Positions 1-9,292 of a stretch of 34,768 nt of DNA are shown here, one piece after another (the first letter of the stretch is position 1; the number at the start of each line of letters is the position of its first letter). The notes beneath the pieces are model-generated. The model ran no database searches and was not told where the DNA came from. It saw only the letters and a list, made by a program, of their open reading frames with translations. Both the position numbers and the translations under genes were made by a program. The DNA is taken from the sequence record DRR723986_7321. One strand, given 5' to 3'.

Positions 1-441
1 GACGTCCTCATCGCTTATGGATTTGCGCAACTCCTCCATTCGCTTGGTGGTGTACAAAGTAGAGAGAACCTCACGCTCGGCCGCACGCAGGGCAGCTTTG
101 GCCTCTGTCACATACAACTCGCGGGCACGTTCAGCCGCCACGACTTTGTTGATATAGCGGTCAATCACAATGGCGCGATCCACACCCGACTGAAGCATTC
201 CACCGATTTCCATTTCAGTGATTTTCATACCGTTGATGCTGGCCACTTCGCGGTCCGATTGGCCATCGGAATCATCTGATGCATGAGCGCTGGCTACTGG
301 AGAGACACCCGCGCTGGAAGATCCCTGAAACACGGTCCAACCGGCCCAAGACACCAAGCCGACCAAACCGAATGCGGCGACCCCCAGCGCAATTTTCTGT
401 TTGGTAAACGATACGCCAATCTTGCTGTCAGACTCATTCAT
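1..441 (-). CDS. Partial PrsA/PpiC/SurA-like foldase (peptidyl-prolyl isomerase family), N-terminal part; truncated by the window edge
   Basis: Not in the ORF track; translated by hand from ATG at 441, overlapping the upstream stop at 434-436: MNESDSKIGVSFTKQKIALGVAAFGLVGLVSWAGWTVFQG...DREVASINGMKITEMEI...IDRYINKVVAAERARE...AEREVLSTLY...SISDEDV. Open to base 1. The membrane anchor, 'VAxING.KIT' motif and helical region are typical of these N-domains; the parvulin domain itself is not visible. Confidence 0.65.
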   Translation of the reverse strand, partial: MNESDSKIGVSFTKQKIALGVAAFGLVGLVSWAGWTVFQGSSSAGVSPVASAHASDDSDGQSDREVASINGMKITEMEIGGMLQSGVDRAIVIDRYINKVVAAERARELYVTEAKAALRAAEREVLSTLYTTKRMEELRKSISDEDV

Positions 442-919
442 CGCCCTGCCCCCTTAATTTGACTTCCACTTTTTCTGTCATCCCTTTGACGAGGGCCATC
501 GAGGCATGGCCCGAGCAACCCGCGAGACAAATTTCCTCGGCATGCCACACAACGTCTTTCGATATGCCCTGGATACTGTTCAACACATACATGAACTCGG
601 CATATTTGGAAGGGTCGGCAATGTCAATCTGGATACCTTCGCGATTGGCAACCACTTGCACATCCGGGCTCAATCTGGCCAAAACCCTGGCGTAATCCTC
701 ATAAACCATCTTCCCGACTGGCACCCGCTTTAAGGTGAACTCAGGTAACTCCTGACTTTTCCGCTCCATCTCTGTGGCTCGCAAAAAATCGTTGACTGAA
801 AAAGCAGCAAGAATCACCATGACCACCGCACACATCATCGCGAACACAGGTGCCAATCCCATCAGTCGACTGGCCTCGGCGACCCACAAAGCACTGTTGT
901 TCTTCAAATCCAGTTTCAC
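434..919 (-). CDS. Bitopic inner-membrane accessory protein of the pilus/secretion operon (GspM/PilO-like position)
   Basis: 161 aa, one N-terminal hydrophobic segment, GTGA overlap with the upstream gene; role inferred from operon position and topology. Confidence 0.55.
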   Translation of the reverse strand: MKLDLKNNSALWVAEASRLMGLAPVFAMMCAVVMVILAAFSVNDFLRATEMERKSQELPEFTLKRVPVGKMVYEDYARVLARLSPDVQVVANREGIQIDIADPSKYAEFMYVLNSIQGISKDVVWHAEEICLAGCSGHASMALVKGMTEKVEVKLRGQGDE

Positions 920-1785
920 TTGACCGACTCCTTCTTGCCTTGTTTACGTACAAGAAGAAGACCTTCCATATCCCTTAGATCGGTGATCACATCACGTCCT
1001 AGCGAATCGAGGTAGTCCTGACTCACCCAACTGGGCAGAATCAACTCGAATGATTCGTCGTCCTCTCCTTTCATTCTGTATTTCTCGATCCACCCCCCGG
1101 AACGCACCACAGTGGCAGACACTTTTTGTATTCTGGAAATTTGGCGTGCCAAAGGTTGCTGCACACTGAGCTTGATCAGCGTGGCGTTCAGATCATTTTC
1201 CACAGCCTGAGCATTCAAGCCACTTGCAGCCTGACTGTTGGTATACGCGCTTGCAGCCTGCGCGCCCAAAAAAACCAAGGACGATGAAATCAACACGGCT
1301 ATGGAGCCCTTCATCAACAAGGCACTGAAACGCTCAGTGATACCCTGGATGGCCTGAGGAATACTGCTCAGCGGTTTTCCGCCTTTGTGCTCAATTTCGA
1401 CAATGTGCAAATCAAGACCAATCAAATAATCTTTCAGCACATCCTGATCGTTGCACAGCAGGCGAACGCTGCCGCCTTCAATAATCAAGGCAACCGAATA
1501 GTCCGCGCCGTGCATCAGGTAGATGGCATCGCCTACATGCAAAGGCCCATCGGGCAAAACATCTACGAAGGGCAAATTGAATCCCGGGGCAGAGCTGAGC
1601 CATGAACTTTCAATCGCAAAGTAATAAACATGGCCTGCACGCTCGGCCAGGTAGGCGTGAAGACGGTTGGTTCCCAAAATGGCATAGGCCTGATTCATGA
1701 CCACCTTCTGCGCGCTACCCGTGCCCACTGGTAGACGCCCGGCAATCAGATTGGAGTAGATGCTTTTTAGATTGATGGTTTCCAC
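916..1785 (-). CDS. Pilus accessory protein (GspL / type IVb PilO-like topology)
   Basis: 289 aa; ~155-aa N-terminal soluble domain, one TM (SIAVLISSSLVFLGA), then a C-terminal domain; follows the platform gene by 3 bp. Confidence 0.55.
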   Translation of the reverse strand: METINLKSIYSNLIAGRLPVGTGSAQKVVMNQAYAILGTNRLHAYLAERAGHVYYFAIESSWLSSAPGFNLPFVDVLPDGPLHVGDAIYLMHGADYSVALIIEGGSVRLLCNDQDVLKDYLIGLDLHIVEIEHKGGKPLSSIPQAIQGITERFSALLMKGSIAVLISSSLVFLGAQAASAYTNSQAASGLNAQAVENDLNATLIKLSVQQPLARQISRIQKVSATVVRSGGWIEKYRMKGEDDESFELILPSWVSQDYLDSLGRDVITDLRDMEGLLLVRKQGKKESVK

Positions 1786-1788
1786 GGC

Positions 1789-3039
1789 TTAGGCTCCAGA
1801 CAACACAACTTCATTTTGCAAATACACAACCGCCAGGCTGAACAACACCGCAATACCCGAGTACGCAAGAGAGGCCACAAATGCGATGACTGCAAATTTG
1901 CGTGCGGCGCTGTTGGCTTTGTCATCCCGGGTTTGTGAAATCGAGGCCAGGCATTCGGCCAGTTGAGCCTGGTCCTTGTGCGCGCGAATCAACAACCGTT
2001 CGCTGCTGTCCAACAAGGGATGATTGAAGGCCACCGCAGGCTGTTCGCCTATTTCGCTACGATCGGTAATGGTTTGCCAGAACAAGGACACTGTCGGAGT
2101 AATCGTACCTTTTCGCGCAATTTGCACCGCATTCAGAAAAGCCACGCCACCCGTTAACAACGAGCCCAACACTCGGGTAGTGGCTGCAATACCGGAGCAG
2201 ATCAGTAACTCACCGATTACCGGTACTTTTTCCAGAATGGCAAAAGCCTGGGTGCGGGTTTTCTGATCTGGAGACAACACCAGCATGGTGAAATAAATCA
2301 AGATCAGAAAAAATACGAACGAGAAAACCAGCAAACCATTGTTGACCCATTCGGCCAAGGCAAGGGAGCTCTCATATTGCGCAACCTTGGCAGGGTCTTC
2401 ACTCATCAATGGCGTGGCTTTCAACTGCTCAATCAAGCCAAAGCGCATGCCAATAACCGTCGACACCGCCATGATCAAATCCAGTGCCGTCCAGGTGACA
2501 GCACCAAACATCAGTTTTAACGTTGCCGAGCCCTTTTCATAAAAACTCACCGCTGTTTCAAGGGCCTCACTCAACTGGCCCGCAGCCTCGCCGGCGCTTA
2601 AAACTGCAAGTGTTGAATCATCAAACCAGTTCAGCAACTCAACCGCCGCCACAAAGCCAAAACCCTGTCTCAGAGCATTCAAAGCCTGGTTCAAAATCAA
2701 ACGAGGCTCACCCAACTCACCCAAGATCACCTGCTCCAGCGCCTTTTCGGGTGACAAACCTGAACGCACATTGAACGCGAGTGCCTGCAAGAATTTTTGT
2801 TTGTAACTTCGACTGACTTTCGAACCAAACAGGCGAGACAACCTGCCTTTGGCTTGCAGTTCGATCACATCCAGCACCACACCACCACGGTCAATCACTT
2901 GCTGAATTGCCTCACGTTTTCTGGATGCGGTAATCACCAACTGATGATGGAAATAACCACTCAACCGGTCATCGGGTCGGGCTGTCGCATCCAGCATTTG
3001 GGGGGCCAGGTAATCGACTCGAAAATTCGAAATTGACAT
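1789..3039 (-). CDS. Type II secretion F / PilC-family inner-membrane platform protein
   Basis: Two T2SSF-like repeats (FLQALAFNVRSGLSPEKAL...AGEAAGQLSEALE; LGSLLTGGVAFLNAVQIA) with TM helices. Start moved to ATG 3039 (MSISNF), just after the ATPase stop, with GGGGGA upstream. Confidence 0.85.
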   Translation of the reverse strand: MSISNFRVDYLAPQMLDATARPDDRLSGYFHHQLVITASRKREAIQQVIDRGGVVLDVIELQAKGRLSRLFGSKVSRSYKQKFLQALAFNVRSGLSPEKALEQVILGELGEPRLILNQALNALRQGFGFVAAVELLNWFDDSTLAVLSAGEAAGQLSEALETAVSFYEKGSATLKLMFGAVTWTALDLIMAVSTVIGMRFGLIEQLKATPLMSEDPAKVAQYESSLALAEWVNNGLLVFSFVFFLILIYFTMLVLSPDQKTRTQAFAILEKVPVIGELLICSGIAATTRVLGSLLTGGVAFLNAVQIARKGTITPTVSLFWQTITDRSEIGEQPAVAFNHPLLDSSERLLIRAHKDQAQLAECLASISQTRDDKANSAARKFAVIAFVASLAYSGIAVLFSLAVVYLQNEVVLSGA

Positions 3040-3041
3040 GT

Positions 3042-4742
3042 TCAATCCCCCGCCACGCCGAGGATTTGAAGCACACTGGACCAATCCACCAAGCCATGAT
3101 CCAGCAGGGTTTGCAGAGTTTGAAGCCGGCTGGTGTAGTCCACCCCGTTGTCTTCGCACAAATCAACAGGGAGCTCAAGGTTGTGGCTTTTGAACGCTTT
3201 CACGAAACGGCCACGCATGGCTTCGTCTGCGGGCACATGCATGGTCTCATGTGCAGCGACACGACCTGAATAACCGAGCCCGGCGCAGCGGGTACAACCC
3301 ACCTTGTGGCGCAAACCCGCGCGCGGTTGAATCAAACCACCCGTGAGCCGGAATGCCTGTGACTGAATATGCTCAAGCAATTTACCCTGTACCAGCTTTG
3401 CACAGGAGCACAAGCGACGAACCAGACGCTGGTGAATGACCACGCGAAGAAAATGAGCGAGCAAAAATTCCGAATCGGCGCGGTGGGCTGGGTCGATCAT
3501 CGACAGAAAACGTTCACTGACCTGCAACACGCTGTTGGCGTGAATGGTGGAAATAACCAAGTGACCACTTTCTGCGAAAGCCAAGGCAGCACGGGCAGAG
3601 TCTGCGTCACGCACCTCGCCAAAAATAAGAATGTCCGGGTCTTGTCGAAGTATTGAACGCTCAAGCTCAATGGCCTTCTGTTTCATCAAAGCTTGCAGCT
3701 GGATTTGTTTGGCAAACGGCAAAATGTATTCGACCGGATCTTCCACGGTGATCACATTCATGGCGTCTCGCCGAAAACCGCAAGCCACCGTGTATTGCGT
3801 GGTACTTTTACCTGAGCCTGTTGCACCGGAGATAAACACCAGCCCCCCGGTTTTGCCTGTCTGGTTGTTGATACTTTTGATCAACCCGGTCATTTTGGGT
3901 TGCCCGGGAAACAAAGCAGTCAAGCTCGGCAAGAGCGAGGCATCCAGGGCACGCAGCACCACCGATTCGCCATCCACCAAAGGTTGCGTTGAAATCCGGA
4001 AGTCCACCACGCGGCCCTCGTGCTCGACAGTCAGGCGACCGTCCTGGGCTGTGCGGCTATTGGATGCATCCATGCCTGCCTCAATTTTGATACGGGCCAC
4101 CAGCGATTGCATCAACAACTCGGGCAACAAATGAGTTTGCCGCATCACCGAATCCACCCGGTAAGCGATCCATGCATCGGGATCACCTTTGCGGCTGAGG
4201 TGAATGTCGCTGGCTCGCAGTGACAGGGCTTCTTTCAATACTGCATACACCAGGCTGCGCAAACGGCCAGCCTCCAGCCCTTCATGTCGAAGTACCGTGA
4301 TCAGGCCGTTGACCGAGCCGGATTGTTCGATGCGCAACAGCAAGTCACACACCTCCTGGCGGCTGGAGGGCAAAAACTTCAATGCAGAAACAGGCGCACG
4401 CAAAATTTGACGGATACGATCCTGTTGAGCCGCTTTCAAGGGCTGCGCACAACGCAAAGTAAGCACCCCCTTTGAGAACTCGGTGGGCACACACACAAAT
4501 CGACGACAATATTCCAGCGGTAAAATGGTTTGCAGGGTGAAATGGTCGCCGATGACATTGGAATCCTCTTGAGAACCCGATTCGGCCAAATCATCCAGAT
4601 TGAGGAATCTTGAGCGCAAAGCGAGGCTGCCCAATTCGGCAGACCGACCCTCTCCTCGCAAGTGTGTGTGTTGTTGGCGAAGCAAATTGAGCTGATGCTC
4701 ATCCAGCCCGGCTTGTACCAAATCTGCTTCTAGTGATTTCAT
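3042..4742 (-). CDS. PilB/GspE-family assembly ATPase
   Basis: ASDIHL and QDGR motifs, Walker A GATGSGKST, Asp box TVEDPVE, Walker B LRQDPDILIFGEVRD, His box GHLVISTIH, Zn-motif region CSC...CTRC.G.GYSGR. Confidence 0.95.
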   Translation of the reverse strand: MKSLEADLVQAGLDEHQLNLLRQQHTHLRGEGRSAELGSLALRSRFLNLDDLAESGSQEDSNVIGDHFTLQTILPLEYCRRFVCVPTEFSKGVLTLRCAQPLKAAQQDRIRQILRAPVSALKFLPSSRQEVCDLLLRIEQSGSVNGLITVLRHEGLEAGRLRSLVYAVLKEALSLRASDIHLSRKGDPDAWIAYRVDSVMRQTHLLPELLMQSLVARIKIEAGMDASNSRTAQDGRLTVEHEGRVVDFRISTQPLVDGESVVLRALDASLLPSLTALFPGQPKMTGLIKSINNQTGKTGGLVFISGATGSGKSTTQYTVACGFRRDAMNVITVEDPVEYILPFAKQIQLQALMKQKAIELERSILRQDPDILIFGEVRDADSARAALAFAESGHLVISTIHANSVLQVSERFLSMIDPAHRADSEFLLAHFLRVVIHQRLVRRLCSCAKLVQGKLLEHIQSQAFRLTGGLIQPRAGLRHKVGCTRCAGLGYSGRVAAHETMHVPADEAMRGRFVKAFKSHNLELPVDLCEDNGVDYTSRLQTLQTLLDHGLVDWSSVLQILGVAGD

Positions 4743-4756
4743 GGAGAATGTTTCCT

Positions 4757-5614
4757 TCAGTTGGGAAAGCCAGTGCCAAAGCCCGGTTGATTGTTGCCCA
4801 ACTGGTTGCCTCCGAAACCACCATTGCCACCACCAAACCCGGAGCCAAAGTTGCCGCCTTGCTGCCCCCCCAAAGTACCTGAGGGTGAGAAAGTCTGTGT
4901 TCTCAGCACAGGCACCAAATAATCAAACTGATCGGTTTCCACTTTCAGCAACTGTGAATCGCTGGGCACTTGCGGCAGGCCACCTGCGCTCGACTCAAGC
5001 GCGCCATAAAACACATTGACCCAGGTGCCGTTTTCACTTAACCAGTCGACCGTGATGTCTTGCCCGTTGACCGTGGCTCGCAACGCGTAGCCGCTGACAT
5101 TTTCTGTTTTACCCACTCGCAAACGAAGTGCACCCGATGAACGCGACACCGGGCGAGGCACCACGACAGCGGCGGTTGGTTCGCTACGGCCATTGCCAGC
5201 CTGTTGAGTGACAGCAGGCTGAATGACTTGCTGGGGCGTGAAATCGTTCTCGACCCGTCGCATCACAATGGCACCCTGAAAATAGGCGGTCACCTGCATA
5301 TTGCTGAACAGGTTAATCAGCGGCACCGGCAACACCGGGGAATTCAAGGCTTGTTGCCGAATGTTCAAATCTTCTTGCGTAATCCGCCGCTCGGCCTGCC
5401 GACGCAAATCAGCAGCATCCCCGGTGGCTGCCTGTTCTGCCGGGCGCTGTGTGGCGCCGGAAGAATCTGGCCCATTTGCCACAGGTGCACCCTGTAACAT
5501 GGCAGGGCGAATCAAGGGATTGGCAATGGTTTGCTGCGACAACACACCGCCCGACCATGCAGCACAGGCACTGACCAGACAACAGATAACAAGGGGTTTT
5601 TGAAAGGCATGCAT
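4757..5614 (-). CDS. Exported hypothetical protein of the pilus operon with a Gly/Phe/Asn-rich low-complexity tail
   Basis: 285 aa, signal-peptide-like N-terminus, NPLIRP motif, between secretin and ATPase genes with short spacers. Confidence 0.6.
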   Translation of the reverse strand: MHAFQKPLVICCLVSACAAWSGGVLSQQTIANPLIRPAMLQGAPVANGPDSSGATQRPAEQAATGDAADLRRQAERRITQEDLNIRQQALNSPVLPVPLINLFSNMQVTAYFQGAIVMRRVENDFTPQQVIQPAVTQQAGNGRSEPTAAVVVPRPVSRSSGALRLRVGKTENVSGYALRATVNGQDITVDWLSENGTWVNVFYGALESSAGGLPQVPSDSQLLKVETDQFDYLVPVLRTQTFSPSGTLGGQQGGNFGSGFGGGNGGFGGNQLGNNQPGFGTGFPN

Positions 5615-5618
5615 GATT

Positions 5619-7244
5619 TCACTGCTCCTGAAACGGGGTCAGTTTCGAGATCATTTGAACTTGCGAGGGCACAAAACCCAGGCTTGTCGACAAACGCAAG
5701 GGGCCGCCCACGGCCGCTGCCACGGGTTCAACTGCGCTGGGTGCCTTGGGTTCAATTCTGCGTTTAATCGGGGCTGGCGTTTCCAACACGGGCAACTGCG
5801 CTGCGGGTTGTTCCAACTTGGCCACTTCACCGAACAACAACAAACGCGGGCGGATGGTCACCACCAGTTCCGTTTGCTTGGTGCTTTCAGTGCGACTGCG
5901 TGTACCCAATCCGCTTTGAAAATCGTCTTGCGCCCGGGATACAGTGATTCCACCCAGCAAAATGGTGTCTCCCGGTCGACACCGAACCTGGGTTTTCAAC
6001 TCACGGTCCGCCACTTCGGGCAAATTCAAATCCACACCCAAGGCAGTGAAACGCTTCAGCGCCAGAAGCTCCGTGATTGAAATATTGATGCGGGTGTAAA
6101 TGGTGGAGTCATGTGCCTCGCCGGTTAGCGAGACTTCAAGGCCTGTACGCAGGTTCTGCGTGTCGGCGGTGGATTGCGCCACTCCGTTCACAATTTGCGA
6201 GCCCACACGCGATACAAATGTGGTGGACTGTCCCACCCGAATATTGCCGTTGGTGCCATTCATCAAACCAATTTTGGGTTGGCTCAATGTTTTGACATCG
6301 CCTTGCGACTTTAAAAAATCAATCAGGAAATTGGTCGAAAAATTTTCACCAAAAATCAGGGTTTCGATCCCTGTGGCAGTGCGTGTCAACTGCGTAATTC
6401 GATCAGCGGTGCTTGAGGCGCCCGCAATGGAAGAATCTGGCGCGGTATTGATGCCATTGCCAGTTTTGTACAACTCCCAACGTACTCCCATGTTGTTGGA
6501 GTCGTTCAGGTCAACCTGCAACACATTCATGTCGTACACGATCAATGAACGCGTTGCCCGTGCACGCTCCAGATAACTTTGAATGTCATTCAAGGCACGA
6601 CGGTTGGCGCGAAACACCAGTGATCGGTTGATACGGTCCAGGTAAACATCACGCGCGCCCAGGTACTGCATGGTGTTGGTAATGCCAGCCATGCTGTCCT
6701 CGTTCAGCACAGGCGGCATGGTGACGACAAACTGTTGCTCAGGCATGATCCTCAACACGCCCGACTCCGTCACTGTCCAGAAAAACCCCATGATCTCGCC
6801 CAACTTGTTCATCACTTGCGGCAAAGTGCCACTGAGATTGTTCAGCGTAACCACCCCATAACGGGACGCTGCATCCGCCCCACCCTCAAAACTCAATGGC
6901 ATGTTGGTGCTGGCGAAAATCAGCTGCAGCACATCGAACAAACCGCGTTCGGTCACCGAGAGGTTCTCGACCATGCGGTTGGGCAGTTCACCCTCGGAAA
7001 GCTGGGGACGAACCCAGAAGGTATCGGAGGGCAAACGCTCAATGGGCAAAGTCACCTGAGGTGCTGCTTGATTTGCGCCAGTGATTTCCGGTGCTTTCAG
7101 TTTGGCGCGAAACTCGTCTTCCTGCCCGAACGGCCTTAGCGATGAACAAGCCACTGCGCTCAATGCGACAGCCACGTAAACACCAATTTTGCTCACACTC
7201 AAAGCGGTGTTTAATGCGGTATTGGGTTTCATACTGTTGTTCAT
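5619..7244 (-). CDS. Outer-membrane secretin, probably lipoprotein type (PilN/BfpB/MshL-like)
   Basis: Secretin C-domain motifs (VKTLSQPKIGLMNG, RTGLEVSLT, TQVRCRPGDTILLGG, TELVVTIRPR) and a lipobox-like ALSAVAC; start may be 7244 or 7232. Confidence 0.9.
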   Translation of the reverse strand: MNNSMKPNTALNTALSVSKIGVYVAVALSAVACSSLRPFGQEDEFRAKLKAPEITGANQAAPQVTLPIERLPSDTFWVRPQLSEGELPNRMVENLSVTERGLFDVLQLIFASTNMPLSFEGGADAASRYGVVTLNNLSGTLPQVMNKLGEIMGFFWTVTESGVLRIMPEQQFVVTMPPVLNEDSMAGITNTMQYLGARDVYLDRINRSLVFRANRRALNDIQSYLERARATRSLIVYDMNVLQVDLNDSNNMGVRWELYKTGNGINTAPDSSIAGASSTADRITQLTRTATGIETLIFGENFSTNFLIDFLKSQGDVKTLSQPKIGLMNGTNGNIRVGQSTTFVSRVGSQIVNGVAQSTADTQNLRTGLEVSLTGEAHDSTIYTRINISITELLALKRFTALGVDLNLPEVADRELKTQVRCRPGDTILLGGITVSRAQDDFQSGLGTRSRTESTKQTELVVTIRPRLLLFGEVAKLEQPAAQLPVLETPAPIKRRIEPKAPSAVEPVAAAVGGPLRLSTSLGFVPSQVQMISKLTPFQEQ

Positions 7245-7371
7245 CCTGTGAAATCGGTACTGTTGAGTATCCCGATGCTGGATGGGTTAAACATCCCTCT
7301 AAGGAGTCACCTCGCCGGCCCCACCTTTTCGCGGGATAAGGCAGGGTTAACCGACATTGAAGGAGCAATTC

Positions 7372-7842
7372 ATGAATTGGCTTACGATCAAAAAGACCTT
7401 GGTAGCCTGTACAACAGGCTTGTTGATGACTGGCACGGTGTATGCGCAGGAATCTGCCCCAGCAAAGCGAATGAACACACAGGACATTACCTCGAAGGTG
7501 GTGTATCACATTGACGGCGCCGAGCAACCACTCAAAGCCCTGCGCAATATTCGCAACCATCTCGATGTTTCGCCAAGAACCACCATCATTGTGGTGACCC
7601 ATGCGAATGGCGTGGACTTTTTAATGGAAGGCGCCAAGCATGCCGAAACGGGCACACAATACGCCCCACTGGTGAGCGCACTGACTGCCCGAGGCGTGGT
7701 GTTCGAGATTTGCGAAATTACATTGAAGAACCGCAATTTAAAGAGAGACCAGTTCGTGCTCGATGCGACATTTACACCATCAGGCGTGGTGCGTGTGGCC
7801 GATCTGCAAACCCAACAAGGCTTTGCCTACATCAAACCTTAA
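7372..7842 (+). CDS. DsrE-family protein with signal peptide
   Basis: KVVYHI, ALRNIRNHL, VVTHANGVDFL, FEICEITL (conserved Cys), TPSGVVRVADLQ..GFAYIKP; AAGGAG RBS before ATG 7372. Confidence 0.85.
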   Translation: MNWLTIKKTLVACTTGLLMTGTVYAQESAPAKRMNTQDITSKVVYHIDGAEQPLKALRNIRNHLDVSPRTTIIVVTHANGVDFLMEGAKHAETGTQYAPLVSALTARGVVFEICEITLKNRNLKRDQFVLDATFTPSGVVRVADLQTQQGFAYIKP

Positions 7843-7854
7843 TACCGACTTGCC

Positions 7855-9141
7855 ATGCAATTGAACACTCACAAGGCCGTATCCCCACTCACCGTGTTGT
7901 GGTGCGGGGCATTCATCATGACCATTTCATTGGGCATACGCCACTCATTCGGGCTTTTTTTACAGCCGATGAGTTTGAGCAATGAGTGGGGGCGTGAGGT
8001 GTTTGCCTTTTCAATTGCCATGCAAAACCTGGTGTGGGGCGTTGCGCAACCCTTTGTGGGCAGAATGGCCGATCGACTGGGGTCTGCCATCACCATGATT
8101 CTCGGGGGGGCTCTGTACACGCTGGGTTTGTTTTTAATGGCCATGGCTGAAAGCCCGGGTATGCTGACCTTGAGCGCCGGCGTTTTGATTGGTCTGGGTT
8201 TAAGCGGCACCACCTTCCCTGTGGTGTTTGGCGCCGTCAGCCGTGCCATGCCCCCTGAAAAGCGCAGTATGGCCATGGGCATCTCCATGGCTTTGGGTTC
8301 ACTGGGGCAGTTCGCATTTTTGCCCGGTGGTTTGTTTTTGATCAATCAGGTGGGCTGGTCTTCCGCACTCACCATTCTGGCGTGTTTTGCGGTAATTATC
8401 CTGGTGTTGGCCTGGCAATTGATTGAACCCAAAGCCACGCCCCTGAAAACCGATGATGCACCTTGCAGTGCCGAGTGCCCGAACACCGCAGCCAGCCATC
8501 AGGAAGCACCTGCAGACAAAGAGCTCGGCATGTGGGCCTCGCTGGGGCAAGCCATACGGCATCGCGCCTTCCTCATGCTGAGTGTGGGTTACTTTGTCTG
8601 CGGCTTTCAAATCCTGTTCATCAGCGTACACCTGCCCAGCTATCTTCAAGACAGCGGCATACCTGCCAGTGCGGGCAGCACAGCCTTGGCCTTGATTGGC
8701 CTGTTTAATATATTGGGTAGCTACCTGGCCGGCTTGTGGGGTGGCAAGTTCAGAAAACCCATGCTGCTGACTGGCATTTATGGCCTGCGCGGTGTGCTGA
8801 TTGTGGCTTTCATCCTGACTCCCTTAAGCACATGGAGTGTGTACTTGTTTGCGGCGGGCATGGGCGTGTTGTGGTTATCCACCGTGCCTCTAACCACAGG
8901 TACCGTATCAGCCATGTTTGGTGTCAAAAACCTCTCCATGCTTGGGGGATTGGTATTTATGTTCCACCAAATTGGTGCCTTTGTGGGTGGATGGCTGGGC
9001 GGCCTGTTGTTTGATGCCACTGGCAGCTACACACTGGTGTGGTGGATATGTGTGGCTTTAAGTGCAATTGCCGCTGCGGTAAACTGGCCAATCCAGGAAC
9101 AAAGCGCAAGCCCGAATGAACCCACCGCACAAGCCGCCTGA
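7855..9141 (+). CDS. MFS transporter
   Basis: About 12 hydrophobic segments, motif A GRMADRLGS, 428 aa. Confidence 0.92.
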   Translation: MQLNTHKAVSPLTVLWCGAFIMTISLGIRHSFGLFLQPMSLSNEWGREVFAFSIAMQNLVWGVAQPFVGRMADRLGSAITMILGGALYTLGLFLMAMAESPGMLTLSAGVLIGLGLSGTTFPVVFGAVSRAMPPEKRSMAMGISMALGSLGQFAFLPGGLFLINQVGWSSALTILACFAVIILVLAWQLIEPKATPLKTDDAPCSAECPNTAASHQEAPADKELGMWASLGQAIRHRAFLMLSVGYFVCGFQILFISVHLPSYLQDSGIPASAGSTALALIGLFNILGSYLAGLWGGKFRKPMLLTGIYGLRGVLIVAFILTPLSTWSVYLFAAGMGVLWLSTVPLTTGTVSAMFGVKNLSMLGGLVFMFHQIGAFVGGWLGGLLFDATGSYTLVWWICVALSAIAAAVNWPIQEQSASPNEPTAQAA

Positions 9142-9166
9142 AAACCAAGCGACCAATACATCACTG

Positions 9167-9280
9167 ATGCCGCGCTGGGCCAAGGTGGTGTTGGTGGCGT
9201 TTGCCTTGCTGGTGATGCTGGGCTACGCAAGCCCAGACATGCGGGCAGTCTATGTGGCCGCATGGGCGGCGTGCTTTTGA
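9167..9280 (+). CDS. Small membrane protein (37 aa; 54 aa if started at in-frame ATG 9116)
   Basis: Hand translation MPRWAKVVLVAFALLVMLGYASPDMRAVYVAAWAACF*; fills the gap after the MFS gene; GC-rich third positions; one TM helix; below the ORF-track length cutoff. Confidence 0.6.
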   Translation: MPRWAKVVLVAFALLVMLGYASPDMRAVYVAAWAACF

Positions 9281-9292
9281 ATGCTCAGGCTT

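Noticed and set aside
3040-3159. 40-aa N-terminal extension of the GspF/PilC ORF
   Set aside because: Overlaps the ATPase 3' end; ATG 3039 with an RBS is the better start
1-7244. Pilus operon as part of an ICE or plasmid
   Set aside because: No relaxase, T4SS, integrase, tRNA or boundary repeat in the window and no obvious compositional break; cannot be excluded beyond the left edge
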